A stretch of DNA of 64,000 nucleotides, taken from the NCBI GenBank assembly GCA_951406725.2, contig OX597815.1, positions 57,350,001 to 57,414,000 on the forward strand. Reading direction: 5' to 3'. Of the stretch, positions 51,069 to 64,000 are shown in pieces; the first letter of the stretch is position 1, and the number at the start of each line of letters is the position of its first letter. The notes beneath the pieces are model-generated. The model had not been told where the DNA came from and did no database searches. It saw nothing but the letters and a program-made list of their open reading frames with translations. This stretch comes from Octopus vulgaris. Its lineage: Eukaryota. A program made the position numbers and the translations under genes.

Positions 51069-51941
51069 GTACACTAATTGACTATCTTATTTTTCCTCAT
51101 AATATTTACTTTTCAAATATTTTTCTTTGAAATATTTATTTTTTGATCTCTGAAAGCATGAAAAGCTTTGTAAGATAATGACAGAGTTCGCATTGAAAAC
51201 AGTGAGCATCTAAGTTTACACAATATGCATCACTGTACTACTGTAGAATCATTAACATGCATAGGGTTTGTTTACACTCTAATATTTGGTAACTTTTTTA
51301 ACCATGTCTATTTTTACTTTAAGTGTTTTATCTTCAGAGTTAAGTTTTGGAACACCAGTTCTTAGTACTTCAGATAGTAAAGATTTTTGTGGATAAAATT
51401 CTCTGCTAGTTCTCTTGCTGGTTAGTGTTTAAACTAAGCTGGGATTTGATACTCTTTAATATTGTGAATAGGGCTGCAAAAAAAGGATATATCTTTGAGT
51501 TGCTGTACTTTTGTGAGTTAGCGTTAAGAATGAAGTATTGCTGAATAAAATCAAGGTATGCTACTCTATTAGATCTGAAGGAACTCTAAAAAGTTCTATA
51601 AGAATAGAAGCAAGACAAAAGTGTAAAAAGAGAAATACAGTAGTACATATACAATTGTAGCATAATTTTTAAAATAGTGAAATACATAAAACATCTTGTT
51701 CCTGTTTCTTATATTACTTACACAAGGTTGATTCTTTTTTTTTTTTTTTAAATTGCAGTGAGAAAATTTAAGCTCAATACTCTAAGGAGTATAAATTTGA
51801 AAGGATTCTGTTATAGACTAAATAGTTTAAAATTTCACTAGATATTAGAAATCAAGTTTCCTTTCTATTATTTGTGAAACTGTAGATAATGTAATTATAA
51901 ACTGTGTAGTATTAAACTAAAACTGAAAAAATTTTTCACAG

Positions 51942-52101
51942 GATGAAATGATTATATTCATGGAATATTGTGATCGAGGAACAATTAAGGAAGCTTCAAA
52001 GCTTGGATTACCTGAAAGCATAATTCGTTTGTATACAAGAGAAATTTTAAAAGCACTATGTCACCTACATGAAAATGGTATCATTCATCGAGATCTGAAA
52101 G
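51942..52101 (+). CDS. MAP3K4: MAP3K4 kinase exon (DEMIIFMEYCDRGT...HENGIIHRDLK)
   Basis: Catalytic HRDLK; ttttcacAG and GTagta; phase 0 to 1. Confidence 0.95.
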
Positions 52102-53292
52102 GTAGTACTAATTCAAACATATGTAAACCTTTATAAAATAAAATTTGGATGACTGTAAGTGAATTTGTAATTATGTACATGTTGATTAGGCACAGCTATA
52201 TGTGGCTAACAAGTTTACTTCACAATTCCATAGTTTCAGGTTCAGTCCCACTGCATGGCATCATGGGTAAGTGTCTTCTACTGTAGCCCTAGGCCAATCA
52301 AAGCTTGAAGTTAGTGAACATAGCATATGTATACTTATGTAAGAGTTCTTGGTTCAATCCTTCTGCATGGCATTTTGGGCAAGTATCTACTGCACTAGCC
52401 TTGGGTGAACCAAGGCCTTGTGAATAGATTTGGTTGACAGAAACAGAAAGAAACTTGACTACCAGTATTGGTTTGTGTACATTCCTGTAACTTAGCAGTT
52501 TGACAAAAGAATAAGTACTAGTTTTTAAAAAAATTAAGTAATGGGGTTGATTTGCTTGAGTAAACCCTTCAAGGTGGTACCCCAGCATGGCTTCAACCCA
52601 ATGACTGAAACAAGTAAAAGAATGAAAGAATGTGTGTGTGTGCGCGTGCATGTATGCATGTGTAGTTGTATTTCTTGTCTTGACATCATGTGATAATTAT
52701 AAAGAGGCATCATTGCTATATAAGCAGTGCCCTTCATTTCCAGTCATGTCCAGCGATGGAGAAATATTACCTTACTTGGAAATAAGTTAGAGTTGACATC
52801 AGGAAGGGCATCTAGCCAAAGAATATCTGCCTCATTAAATTCTGTCTGCCATGCAAGTATGGAAGAGTGGACATTAAAGAAGTGATGATGATGACAACAA
52901 CATCAAGACAATGGTTATGATGGTGATTATAGCCAATGACAATAAACATGATGTTCCTTTACTAAATTTGGATATATACATGAATATTTTATGATTACCA
53001 GATTAGATAAACTTTAGTTTTAACTTGACTGTCAGACCACCAGTTGCATTGACAGAGATCATTATATTACATTATCTTATCTCTGGAGACCCTAATATAG
53101 GAAAATACCATGAATTTTTTTTTTTTTTTAACTGGGAATGTTAATTATTGTTGCAATTTGTATTAATTTGTTAGTTTTATTACTTTGCCATTCTTGTCAA
53201 ATATTGTCAGTTTGATATTTTTGCCAAATGATATCAGCTGTAAACTTAAATTATTAAAATGTCAGTGATTGTGAATCATTTTTCTTACTTAG

Positions 53293-53412
53293 GGGCCAAT
53301 GTATTTCTTACATCAGATGGTGCTGTAAAGCTTGGAGACTTTGGTTGTTCTGTCAAGTTAAAAAGTCATTCAACAATCCCTGGCGAAATTAGTGATTTAG
53401 TTGGAACAACTG
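53293..53412 (+). CDS. MAP3K4: MAP3K4 kinase exon (GANVFLTSDGAVKLGDFGCSVKLKSHSTIPGEISDLVGTT)
   Basis: DFG motif; KLGDFGCSVKLK is characteristic of MAP3K4; AG/GTaagt; phase 1-1. Confidence 0.95.
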
Positions 53413-53965
53413 GTAAGTCTAATGAGCTACAGTATGGTTGGTGGTAAGGAAGAAGTAGACTCTTTTATTATATATGATCATTAACTATTAATCATATCCT
53501 AATCATCTAGTTACTAATTAGTGACAATCTATCAGACAAGAGATATCAATCATGTAAATTTTACTTAGTTAAACTAATCTTTAGCTCATCACATGACATA
53601 TTGGTTCCAGAATTTATTTTAGCATCTATAATTTTTTTTCATTCTGTATTTATTATTATACAGCCATTTCTTATTAATGACCAAATTGTCTTGCTTTGTT
53701 GTTTTTGCATATATAAATTGAATTTGCAATAAAATGAAGAAACACATTCATGTAATGAAGAGCAACATGTGTCTTTCCTATAGTCTGTTGTTTATTTATT
53801 TGACCAGTTAGTTTAGAACATTGATGAAAATTCTCTTGTACCATATTTTACTCCTTGTTTCCTTGTTGTTAAACTTATTGTCACTTTTTCCTTTTTTATG
53901 ATAACTGTCTTTTTTGAATGCTACCCCATTTTTGTGAAAAATAACTTTCAAGCATTTATTTGCAG

Positions 53966-54072
53966 CTTACATGGCCCCTGAAGTTTTTACACGGAATGAT
54001 AGTGAAGGACATGGAAGAGCTGCTGATATTTGGAGTTTGGGATGTGTAGTGTATGAAATGTCTACAGGCAAA
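53966..54072 (+). CDS. MAP3K4: MAP3K4 kinase exon ([36 protein letters not shown])
   Basis: APE and DIWSLG motifs; [15 protein letters not shown] as in vertebrate MAP3K4; tgcAG and GTaaat. Confidence 0.95.
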
Positions 54073-54181
54073 GTAAATATTAAATAATTCTGTCCATTTC
54101 TCTTTAGTTTTCTTTAACTCTGACACTGGTGATATGCAATTAGAATAGAACATAAACTCAAGGCAAGCTTAGTCGCTTTAA

Positions 54182-55695
54182 CCCTTTCGTTACCAAACTG
54201 CCCAAAGCCGCCCGAAAAAAATTTTGGTTAATGTGACCAAACCGCCCAAATCCGCCCGTATTTACCTATTCATATTTAAATGAGAATATCAGATCAAATC
54301 TCTTTAGTAAATTCGTGAAAACACGTGATTATACTTCGTAAACAGTTCATCTACAGTTTTGTACAACAATTGAAGTGTAATTTTAATTCCGTGAATTTTG
54401 GGAGATTTTTTTCCGAAATTTGTTCCTATTGTGTTTTCAAAATTTGTAATTCTGACAAAAAATGCATACGAATTTCATTATATCAAGCAGCGAGTCAGAA
54501 TTCGAAGGATTTTCTACTGAAGACCTTCATAAATCTAACTCTATGACTGAAAAAAAAAGCATGTGGTATTTGATAATGAATCTGATGTTTCAATTTCCGA
54601 AAGTGAAAACAGTGAATCCGAGAGCTCTGACAGTGATAAAGAAAATGAATTGGCACCTGAATGGAGTGAAAATTTAAAAACTGTTTCTTTCGGTGATTTT
54701 TCTGAAGAAACTGGACCAAGCCACAGACTTTCCCAGGAGAGTAAAACCTTAGACTATTTCTTTTTACTTTTTCGAATGAGCCTATTTGAAATCATTACGG
54801 CAGAAACGAACCGTTATGCTAAATGTAAACAAAGCGAAAGAAAGGCGCAGGAGTGGCTGTGTGGTAAGTAGCTTGCTAACCAACCACATGGTTCCGGGTT
54901 CAGTCCCACTGCGTGGCATCTTGGGCAAGTGTCTTCTGCTATAGCCCCGGGCCGACCAATGCCTTGTGAGTGGATTTGGTAGACGGAAACTGAAAGAAGC
55001 CTGTCGTATATATGTATATATATATGTATATGTATGTGTGTGTGTGTTTTTGTGTGCCTGTGTTTGTCCCCCTAGCATTGCTTGACAACCGATGCTGGTG
55101 TGTTTACGTCCCCGTCACTTAGCGGTTCGGCAAAAGAGACCGATAGAATAAGTACTGGGCTTACAAAGAATAAGTCCCGGGGTCGAGTTGCTCGACTAAA
55201 GGTGGTGCTCCAGCATGGCCACAGTCAAATGACTGAAACAAGTTTAAAAAAAAAAAAAAAAAAGGATAGTTAGTGGTTTCCCACAACCTTAAATGAAATT
55301 AAGACTATTGTTTCCCACAACCTTAAATGAAATTAAGACTATTTTGCCATAAATATTATTATGGGTATCAGAAAGTTACCCAGAATAACAAATTCTATCG
55401 TAAAATTTTGTTGTATACCCAATTGAATATTAGCTAATAACCCATTTTCTATAGCGATGTTTGAACAAAATTTTAATAATTTTATATTTTGTTGAATTTA
55501 CCTGTATTAGAGTCACTTTGTGACAAAAATTATAGTATAGAATTGGTTGAGAACATTTCATTAAATTATCTTCCAAAAATCACATTAATATATTGATAAA
55601 TAAAAAAGTTATAGTTGTTTAATGAAACCAGAATAAATTAATTAATTGGAACACATAAGGGGTGTATTTTGGTCAGAAATATAGTAACGAAAGGG
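54182..55695 (+). mobile_element. Non-autonomous piggyBac, copy 1 (interrupted by a SINE)
   Basis: TTAA TSDs at 54178-54181 and 55696-55699; TIR CCCTTTCGTTAC/GTAACGAAAGGG; transposase N-terminal remnant ...LDYFFLLF...ETNRYA. Confidence 0.92.
54844..55263 (+). mobile_element. SINE family 2, full-length with poly(A) tail, inserted in piggyBac copy 1
   Basis: tRNA-like head ggcgcaggagtggctgtgtggtaag...ggttcagtccc, internal TA/TG tract, A-tail; absent from piggyBac copy 2. Confidence 0.85.
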
Positions 55696-57374
55696 TTAAC
55701 CTTCTTTCAGCTCACTTCATTTGAGTGATTTCTGTAAATGATAACTATCTCAAGCCTATCCTCTAAAACAGTAGCGATAAATCTTTTTTCATTGGTAATA
55801 ATCTAAAATATCCCATCACAAACATGTGGGAATTTTTGAGCTACAGATTATCATTTTCATTGGCTTACTGATGATTTGTTAGAGTATTTAGTTTAGCTGA
55901 AAGCATTCCTAAAGAAATCTGTTAACTAAGTTTTGTATTGTTTGGATAGGACAGCCTTAGGAATTACATGTTCTATTTATTTATAATAAGGAAATCATTA
56001 AAAGTAAGATTAATGAATTATATACCATTAAAAGGGAAGAAATTATTTAACTCACAACAATAATAAACTTTTCAAGGAAAAAGTAATCTTAATATTTGGA
56101 GAAACTTAAATAAATGTAAACATTTTAGAAAGTATATTAAAACAATTATTGTTTTATAAAGACAATTGAAGACTAATATGAATAATGTTGTTCTTTATAA
56201 GCAACACAGATTATAAGATCAATGTTTTAAACACCTCAGTAGAGAAATAATATAAAATACAATAAACATAGAATTGAATATTTATCAAAAAATAAACAAA
56301 AGAAAGAAGAAAATAAATATTTCGCTCTCAGTGAAATTTTTACTAATGTACTTTATACTAGGGTTATATTTAGTTGTTTTGAGATAAACATGCAGCACTG
56401 CTTTCAATTTGACTTAACAAAATCCTTTACTGAAAACATTGAATCACATGAATATGTTGATGAAAATACTGTTCATATTGTCATCGCAAGTTTTTCAAAC
56501 TGGCAAAAGTTTCAGGAATAGAATTCCTCTATTTTCTGCATTTTTTATTACTATTCTTGTCCTTAATTAGTCTCTTTCACTATTATGTAATTCAGCTCTC
56601 AAGACTACAAAAGTTTAACTTCAAATTGAGCTATTGTATAAAATGATCATATCAATCAACAGCAGTATTTCCTGATACAGGTTATTTAGTTACACTATCA
56701 GCACATTTAATGAATTATGTATTTTTTCAAATGATCTGAATTCAGTAAATCTTAAAGGAAATTGTTCAGTAGTTGACTTAACAGTAGTTGATAATTGCTT
56801 TTGAACACTGAATGTCTGTTTCTTATAAATTTGAAAATTGGTTATGTGATAAACTTAATTAATATTAAAGAGCAATAAGGGAATAGAATTAACGATATCC
56901 ATAAATTTAATTTAATTATAAAATTAGTAAATTAATACTAGAACAATAGCTCATTATTAACAATAAAAGTATATATATAAGTCTGGATATATAAATCTCT
57001 ATTCTCCTAATTAATTTATTTTATTTATATATATATATAAAACAAAGGGAAGTTGTAAGATACCGCACGAGTGGAAATAATTATGAAAGAAGGTTTGAAA
57101 ATGCAATTTTAAAAGGTGTTTATTCACTTGACCGGTTTCACTTTTTTAGAAAAAAGATTATCAAAAGTAACATGTAAAAGCTTTGTTGTATTAGGTACTG
57201 GTTGTCACAAAAAATTACAATACATATATACATTCTTTGATAATAATAAGAAAATGTTAAAAACAGTTTACAGAAAAAATCTTGAGAAATTATTAAAAAG
57301 TTCATAAAAAATATTGGGATTTCATTAAGAATCATGTTTGTTGAAATTATAAGTTCAAAAAGGTCATTTTGGTA

Positions 57375-57424
<50 letters not shown>

Positions 57425-57629
57425 ACACAGAAGGAGATATATTTAGGAGTTTACAAAGAATTTGGGATGAACTGACCTGTTTCACCATTTTATCATAAAA
57501 GACTATTTTCTATTTCAAGGGACAGTGTATGTTTGGGTGGGAGATGGAAGAGCAATGTGGAATTGAAAGGGAGTTTTTGTTTCTCTTTCAAGGTTCAGTG
57601 GTTTTGGGGATTGGTCTTTAGAGATCAGA

Positions 57630-57697
57630 ACGGTGTGTGTATGTGTGTGTGTATATATATATATATATACATGTGTGTGTGTATATATATATATACA

Positions 57698-57745
<48 letters not shown>

Positions 57746-59945
57746 TGTTTGTGTTTGTGTGTGGGGGCCGTTTTTGATTGGTCCCAGGGTTTATTGTGGT
57801 GTATGTAAATGTGTCTGTGTGTGCTTAATATTTGGTAGGATGGTGTGTGTATATGTGTGCACGTTTGTGTGTGTGGTTAATATTTGTTAGGGTGTTGTGT
57901 GTATGTGTTTGTTCCCATGTGTGTATATGTGCGTCTGTGGGTGCGTGTGTATGCTTGTGTATTTTTTGTGTTAGTGGGGATGTTATGTGTGTGTAGGTGA
58001 GTGTGTGTGTACCTGAATGTGTGTGTATCTCTGTCTTAGTATGTTTGTGTTGTTATGATTGTCTTGGTGTTGTGTGTGTATGTATGTGTGTGATTGGTAT
58101 TTGTTATAGTGTTGTGTGTGCACATGTGTATATTTATGTGTTTGTTTGCATGTGTGTATGTGTGCGTCTGTATGTGCGTACGTGAATGTTTGTGTGTTTA
58201 TTGTGTTGGTGGGGATGTTATGTGTGTGTATTTGAGTGTGTTGTGTCTGAGTATGTTTGTGTTTTAATTGTCCTTGTAGTGTGTGTGCATGTGATCAACC
58301 ATATGTGTGTGTGATTGTCTTGGTGTTGTGTGTGTGTATGTATGTGTGTAATTGGTATTTGTCATGGTGCTGTGTGTGTGTATATGTGCATCTGTATGTG
58401 TGCACGAGCTGTTAGGAACATTAGCGCTCCGGGCAAAATGCTTAAGGATATTTCGTCTGCCGCTATGTTCTGAGTTCAAATTCCGCCGAGGTCGACTTCG
58501 CCTTTCATCCTTTCAGGGTTGATTAAATAAGTACCAGTTATGCACTGGAGTCGATAATCGACTTAATCCATTTGTCTGTCCTTGTTTGTCCTCTCTGTGT
58601 TTAGCCCCTTGTGGGTAGTAAAGAAATAGGTATTTCATCTGTCTTTACGAAATAAGGTGGTGAGTTGGCAGAATCCTTAACACGCTGGGCGAAATGCTTA
58701 GCGGTATTTCGTCTGCTGCTACGTTCTGAGTTCAAATTCCGCCAAGGTCAACTTTGCCTTTCATCCTTTCAGGGTTGATTAAATAAGTACCAGTTACGCA
58801 CTGGGGTCGATATAATCAACTTAATCCATTTGTCTGTCCTTGTTTGTCCCCTCTGTGTTTAGCCCCTTGTGGGTAGTAAAGAAATATGTATGTGCGTGCG
58901 TGTATGTTTGTGTGTTTTTTGTGTTGGTGGGGATGCTATGTGTGCGTATGTGTATGTGTGTTTTTTGTGTTGGTGGGGATGTTATGTGTGTGTATGTGAG
59001 TGTGTGTGTGTTGTGTCTGTCTGAGTATGTTTGTGTTTTAAATGTCTTTGTGGTGTGTGTGTGTGTGAGCAACCGTATGTGTATGTGAGGGTGCATATGT
59101 ATGTGTGTGGGTATGTGTGGATAAGTGTGTTGTTGTTATCAGGGGTTCTGTGTGTCCATGTGTGTTGGGTTTATCTGGGTGGTGTGTATGTGTGTGTATA
59201 TGTGTTTTGTGTGTATTGGTGTTGAGTATGCGTTTGTGTGTGTCTGTTTTTATATGTGGGTATGGTTTATGTAGTCCTGCAGTCTCCAGGTGTGTGTGTA
59301 TGCACACATGTGTGTGCACACATGTGTGTGTTGCATTTGTGAGTGATTTGTTTTGTTTGTATTGTTAGTGCAGTGTGTGTATACATGTAGGTGTGTTTGT
59401 GTGGGTGTGTCTATGTGTCTTGTATTTGTCGGGGAGGTGTGTGTCATTGTGTGTGTGTGCATGCTTGTGTGTATGTATGTTTGTGAATGTTTGTTGTGGT
59501 TGTTGTGATTGTATTATAAGTGTATGTGTGTCTTTTCTTTTGAATGTGTGTGTGATTTTATTACTGGGGTATGGGTGTATTGTGCACGTGTGTGTACAGG
59601 TGTGCATAAATGCATGTGTGTTTGTGTGAGTTGTGTTGTAGTTGCATGTTTGTTTGTGTATGTGTGGTTGTGTTTGTGTGAATGTGATTTGTAATTTCGG
59701 GGTGGTGTGTGTAGGTGTGTGCATGTCTGTGTTCACATATGTGTATATGTGTGTGAAAGTGTTGGTTATGGTTGCTAAAATCATATTGCAAGTGTATATA
59801 TGTATGTGTTTTTTCTTGGGATGTGTGTGGGTTTGTGCTCTAGTGTGAGGATATTGTATTTGTGCATGTGTGTATTTGCGTCGGAGGTTGGCATTGTTTT
59901 TGTGTGTGTGATTTTGTATATCTGTATGTGTTTCTCTGTGTGTTT
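57630..59945. repeat. Long degenerate TG-rich low-complexity tract
   Basis: Directly visible; yields spurious C/V-rich and H/T-rich ORFs. Confidence 0.9.
58406..58886 (+). mobile_element. Two tandem copies of SINE family 3
   Basis: Units 58406-58628 and 58654-58886, each with a gagttcaaattcc B-box-like motif, the core gcctttcatcctttcaggg...aaataagtaccag, and the tail gccccttgtgggtagtaaagaaata. Confidence 0.85.
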
Positions 59946-61157
59946 GTTTTGGATTTGTAGCGGGGGGGGGGGCTAGAGTATGTTGAGTTGTGGTCTGTAT
60001 TTTGGAATAAGATTATTTCCCCTATTTATTCGTGTTTAGTCAGTGGTGTTGTCCGGGCATTGGTATAGTGGGAAAACTAGGAATTTGGGGGACTTATTGT
60101 GTGCACAGAGGTCTAAATGCCCACTAAGTTGTATCTGTCTTGTGGTGAGATCCCTCAGTTGTTGGCAGTGAACTGTCATCCTTTCTCTGAGGGTAAGGCT
60201 CGTTTGCACTATGAAGTCTTTGTGGCACCCTTCACACCTTATGACATAGAGTAAATTCTTTGATGTGCAGGTGAAATTATTTTTTGACAAAAATGTGTCC
60301 CGACTGGAATTTGTACACTGATCCTTCAATGAGGTGGATGCAAGTCCTGCAGTTGGAATGACCACATTTTTTGACGGTGGGCGGTGGGTTTGTGTTGGGT
60401 AATTTTGCATTGGTGAGTAGGTTTTTTAGGGATTTGGGTTGTCTTTTGCTTTTTATTATTTTATGGTTTGCGAGTAATTTTTTTAGACATGTGACTTCAT
60501 TCAGCTGTGGAATGTTGTATATAATTGTGTAAGCTTCTGCATTTCTTGGATTGTATGTTGAGAGATAGGGGAGGCTATTTACTGTACTGTGGGTGTGTTT
60601 TGGTTTTTGTAAGTCTTGGGTGGTAATTGATTTGGTATATTCTATTCCATTGTCAACTAGTGATGCTGGGTAATGTCTTTTGAGAAGAATTGCCTTTAGT
60701 TCTTGGAGTCTTTTACTTCGTGTTCTATAATTTGAGACAGTTGTGCAGATTCTTCTTGTTAGGTTGAAGGGAATATTTGCCTTTGTGTGCTTTAGGTGAT
60801 TGCAGGTGAACAGAAGGTATTGTTTGGAATCAGTGGGTTTGTAGTGGATGTCAGTTCCAATGTTGGTGCCTTTTTTAATAATAAGAATGTCAAGAAAAGG
60901 AAGTTGGTCTTGACTATATTCCATTGTAAATTGGATATGGTTTTTGACACTGTTGATAAGGTTTTTGAAGTCAATAAGTTGGTCGAATGTGTGGGACCAT
61001 AGGATGAGGCAATCATCTAAGTAACTTTTCCAATTCTCCAACAAGTACTTGTGGAAAGACAGGCCGTACTTATATTTGGATTTTTCATAAATATGTGATT
61101 CTAGGTTTGCATAGGTACTTTAGTACCCATTACAGTTCCTGATACCTGTGTTGTTAA

Positions 61158-62243
61158 CCCTTTCGTTACCAAATCGCCCAAAGCCGCCTGAAAAAAATTT
61201 TGGTTAATGTGACCAAACCGCCCAGAGCCGCCCGAATTTACCTATTCATATTTAAATGAGAATATCAGAGCAAATTTCTTTAGTACATTCGTGAAAACAC
61301 GTATTATACTTCGTAAACAGTTCAACTACAGTTTTGTACAATAATCGAAGTGTAATTTTAATTCCGTGAATTTTGGGAGATTTTTTTCCGAAATTTGTTC
61401 CTATTGTATTTTCAAAATTTGTAATTCTGACAAAAAATGGATACGAATTTCATTATATCAAGCAGCGAGTCAGAATTCGAAGGATTTTCTACTGAAGACC
61501 TTCATAAATCTAACTCTATGACTGAAAAAAAAAAGCATGTGGTATTTGATAATGAATCTGATGTTTCATTTTCCGAAAGTGAAAACAGTGAATCTGAGAT
61601 CTCCGATAGCGATAAAGAAAATGAATTGGCACCTGAATGGAGTGAAAATTTAAAAACTGTTTCTTTCGGTGATTTTTCTGAAGAAACTGAACCAAGCCAC
61701 AGACTTTCCCAGAAGAGTAAAGCCTTAGACTATTTCTTTTTACTTTTTCGAATGAGCCCATTTGAAATCATTACGGCGGAAACGAACCGTTACGCTAAAT
61801 GTAAACAAAGCGAAAGAAACGATAGTTTGTGGTTTCCCAGAACCTTAAATGAAATTAAGACTATTTTGCCATAAATATTATTATGGGTATCAGAAAGTTA
61901 CCCAGAATAACAAATTCTATCGTAAAATTTTGTTGTATACCCAATTGAATATTAGCTAATAACCCATTTTCTATAGCGATGTTTGAACAAAATTTTAATA
62001 ATTTTATATTTTGTTGAATTTACCTGTATCTACCTGCAATTAGAGTCACTTTGTGACAAAAATTATAGTATAGAATTGGTTGAGAATATTTCATTAAATT
62101 ATCTTCCAAAAATCAGATTAATATATCGATAAATAAAAAAGTTATAGTTGTTTAATGAAACCAGACTAAATTTATGATTACGTTAGAAATTAATTGAAAC
62201 ACATAAGGGGTGTAATTTGGTCAGAAATATAGTAACGAAAGGG
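61158..62243 (+). mobile_element. Non-autonomous piggyBac, copy 2 (1086 bp), inserted in the Penelope RT
   Basis: TTAA at 61154-61157 and 62244-62247; same 12-bp TIRs; ORF 61437..61874 is an acidic piggyBac transposase N-terminus. Confidence 0.93.
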
Positions 62244-62587
62244 TTAAAATTCATGAAGTTGTTTTGGAAAATAAATTTTAGGCCCTTGATGATGAATTCT
62301 TTTTTTATTCTTTCTGGGACCTCATTGGGATATTTATCTTGCCAGAATTTAATGGCTTCCAGTCCTAATATTTTAATGAACTTTTTAATATTTTCCAATG
62401 TTTTTCCTTGTAAACTGTTTTAACATGTTATTATTATCAAAGAATGTATATATGTATTGCAATATTTTGTGACAATCAGTACTTAACACAACAAAGCTTT
62501 TACATGTTACTTTTGACAATCTTTTTCTAAAAAAGTGGAACCGGTCAAGTGAATAAACACCTTTTAAAATTGCATTTTCAAACCCTC

Positions 62588-62644
<57 letters not shown>

Positions 62645-63751
62645 CATAAGGTGGGTATAATGAAAACTCACATTATCACAGATATCAGCTAATGATGATG
62701 AACAAGATAACATTGCTATTTTATCTTGCTGAATTTGAATATAGTTCAGTTACATGCAACTAAAAATGTTTCAGTTGAACTAGTTCATCTGTGTCAATAC
62801 TTTCAGCTTGTCCATAATTGCTAAAGTATCTTGACTATGCTTTTAGATTGGCTGCTTTTATTCACTTAGTAAATTTCTATTAATCAAATGCTCATTGAGT
62901 AATCATGGAATTTCCATTACTTGGCCACTGATGAACATAGTGAATGTCTAGTTGCTGGCCACAGCTAAAGATACAAACATACATACTTGTAATTTTGTGA
63001 ACGAGCACCCTCTTTTAATGAGAACTGAAGATGGAATGAACATCAACTGAACACAACTAACCTGACCCAAATATGAATACGACTTCACTACTGAACTGAT
63101 CATTTGAGGCAGCAAGCTCAAAGAGTAGTACCTCTGACATTAGAGTTGTTAGGTTTGAGCTTTGTAGTTACTGCAATGTAGAACTACTTTCTTTTAATTA
63201 GTATATCTGGTTATTATGTCTTTCTTGAGCAAAGCTCCATAAAACATTACTTATAATAATTGTTTAAATAAATAATATAAATTACTCACTGTTTTAAAGT
63301 GTCTTTTTTACCTTAGAATTAGCAAAATAATAAACTCCATTCAATATATCTCTGCATGTTTAAAATAATAAGATATAAAAATATACCTTTAGTTTGTATA
63401 TAAATATAAAACATTTCTTTAACAAATAGTGATATTAATGTGCTAATTTAATAATTCTATAAAATGACCAAATTAAAAACTACCTTCAGAATTGATACAG
63501 GCACTACTGATTTATGTAGGTTATTTCCAGAAAGTTTCTTTGATGACAGTGTTAATTGCAGGCAATACAAGTAAATTTAGAAGTCTATGTAATGTATACA
63601 TTGTCACTCATTACTAACAAATATTTTTATTTCCTTTATTTTCTCTTTTGAAGTCATGTATCATTGATCTCTTACATCTACTCCTGAAGTAACAGTGTAT
63701 TATTTATATTCTTTATAAAATCAGAAACAAAAATTTATATTTCTCATATGC

Positions 63752-63900
63752 ACAGGCATGGCTGTGCAGTAAGAAGCTTTATTCCCAATCACATGCTTTC
63801 AAGTTCAGTCCCACTGCATCGCACCTTGGGCAAGTGCCTTCTGCTATAGCCTCAGGCCAACCAAAACCTTGTGAGTGGATTTAGTTGACAGAAACTGAAA
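63752..63900 (+). mobile_element. SINE family 2, 5' part
   Basis: caggcatggctgtgcagtaagaagc...ttcagtcccactgc...cttgggcaagtg matches the head at 54844. Confidence 0.7.
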
Positions 63901-64000
63901 CTTGGAAATGGATGCATGCTATTCAATTAAATAATAACATAAATAATATATATATGTATATATATAAATAGATGTGTGTATTTTACCCTTGTTAACAATT

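Larger units (their letters stand above)
57082..62594 (-). mobile_element. Penelope-like retroelement (RT plus C-terminal GIY-YIG) with inverted pseudo-LTRs
   Basis: RT 60277..61044 (WKSYLDDCL, LPFLDI, YKPTDSKQYL); Cys linker KCGHSNCRTC; endonuclease 60036..60410 (NLLYVIRCEGC...QT...LRERMTVH); upstream RT at 62248-62365; 57082-57320 is the reverse complement of 62365-62594. Confidence 0.8.

Noticed and set aside
54073-64000. Final MAP3K4 kinase exon(s) (expected RPW...IMYKVG-like sequence)
   Set aside because: No matching exon found by eye; presumed to lie beyond the window.

Overview
AT-rich, microsatellite-dense animal genomic DNA. The SINE and RTE-LINE repertoire points to an octopus/coleoid cephalopod (inferred). 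The whole window lies inside a + strand MAP3K4/MEKK4 gene. Ten confident exons plus one candidate exon encode the region from YHRELQRL...GRGRRPTWANQG through kinase subdomains I-IX. The N-terminal exons and the last kinase exon(s) lie outside the window. The introns are filled with transposons: Gypsy, mariner, piggyBac, Helitron, CR1-like, many RTE LINEs, Penelope-like elements with minimal hammerhead-ribozyme motifs, and tRNA-type SINEs. The most notable structure is at 21194-28175. An ORF1-only non-autonomous element and a near full-length Tx1/L1-like LINE sit in tandem at one 15-bp target (ACCTGGAGGAAAGCA, present three times). That target lies inside the decayed ORF1 of a third, related retroelement. 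The ~45-nt 3' tail shared by the two inserted elements is also the tail of a tandem SINE at 58406-58886, suggesting a LINE / half-LINE / SINE mobilisation system. All alignments and folds were done by eye; no database searches were run.
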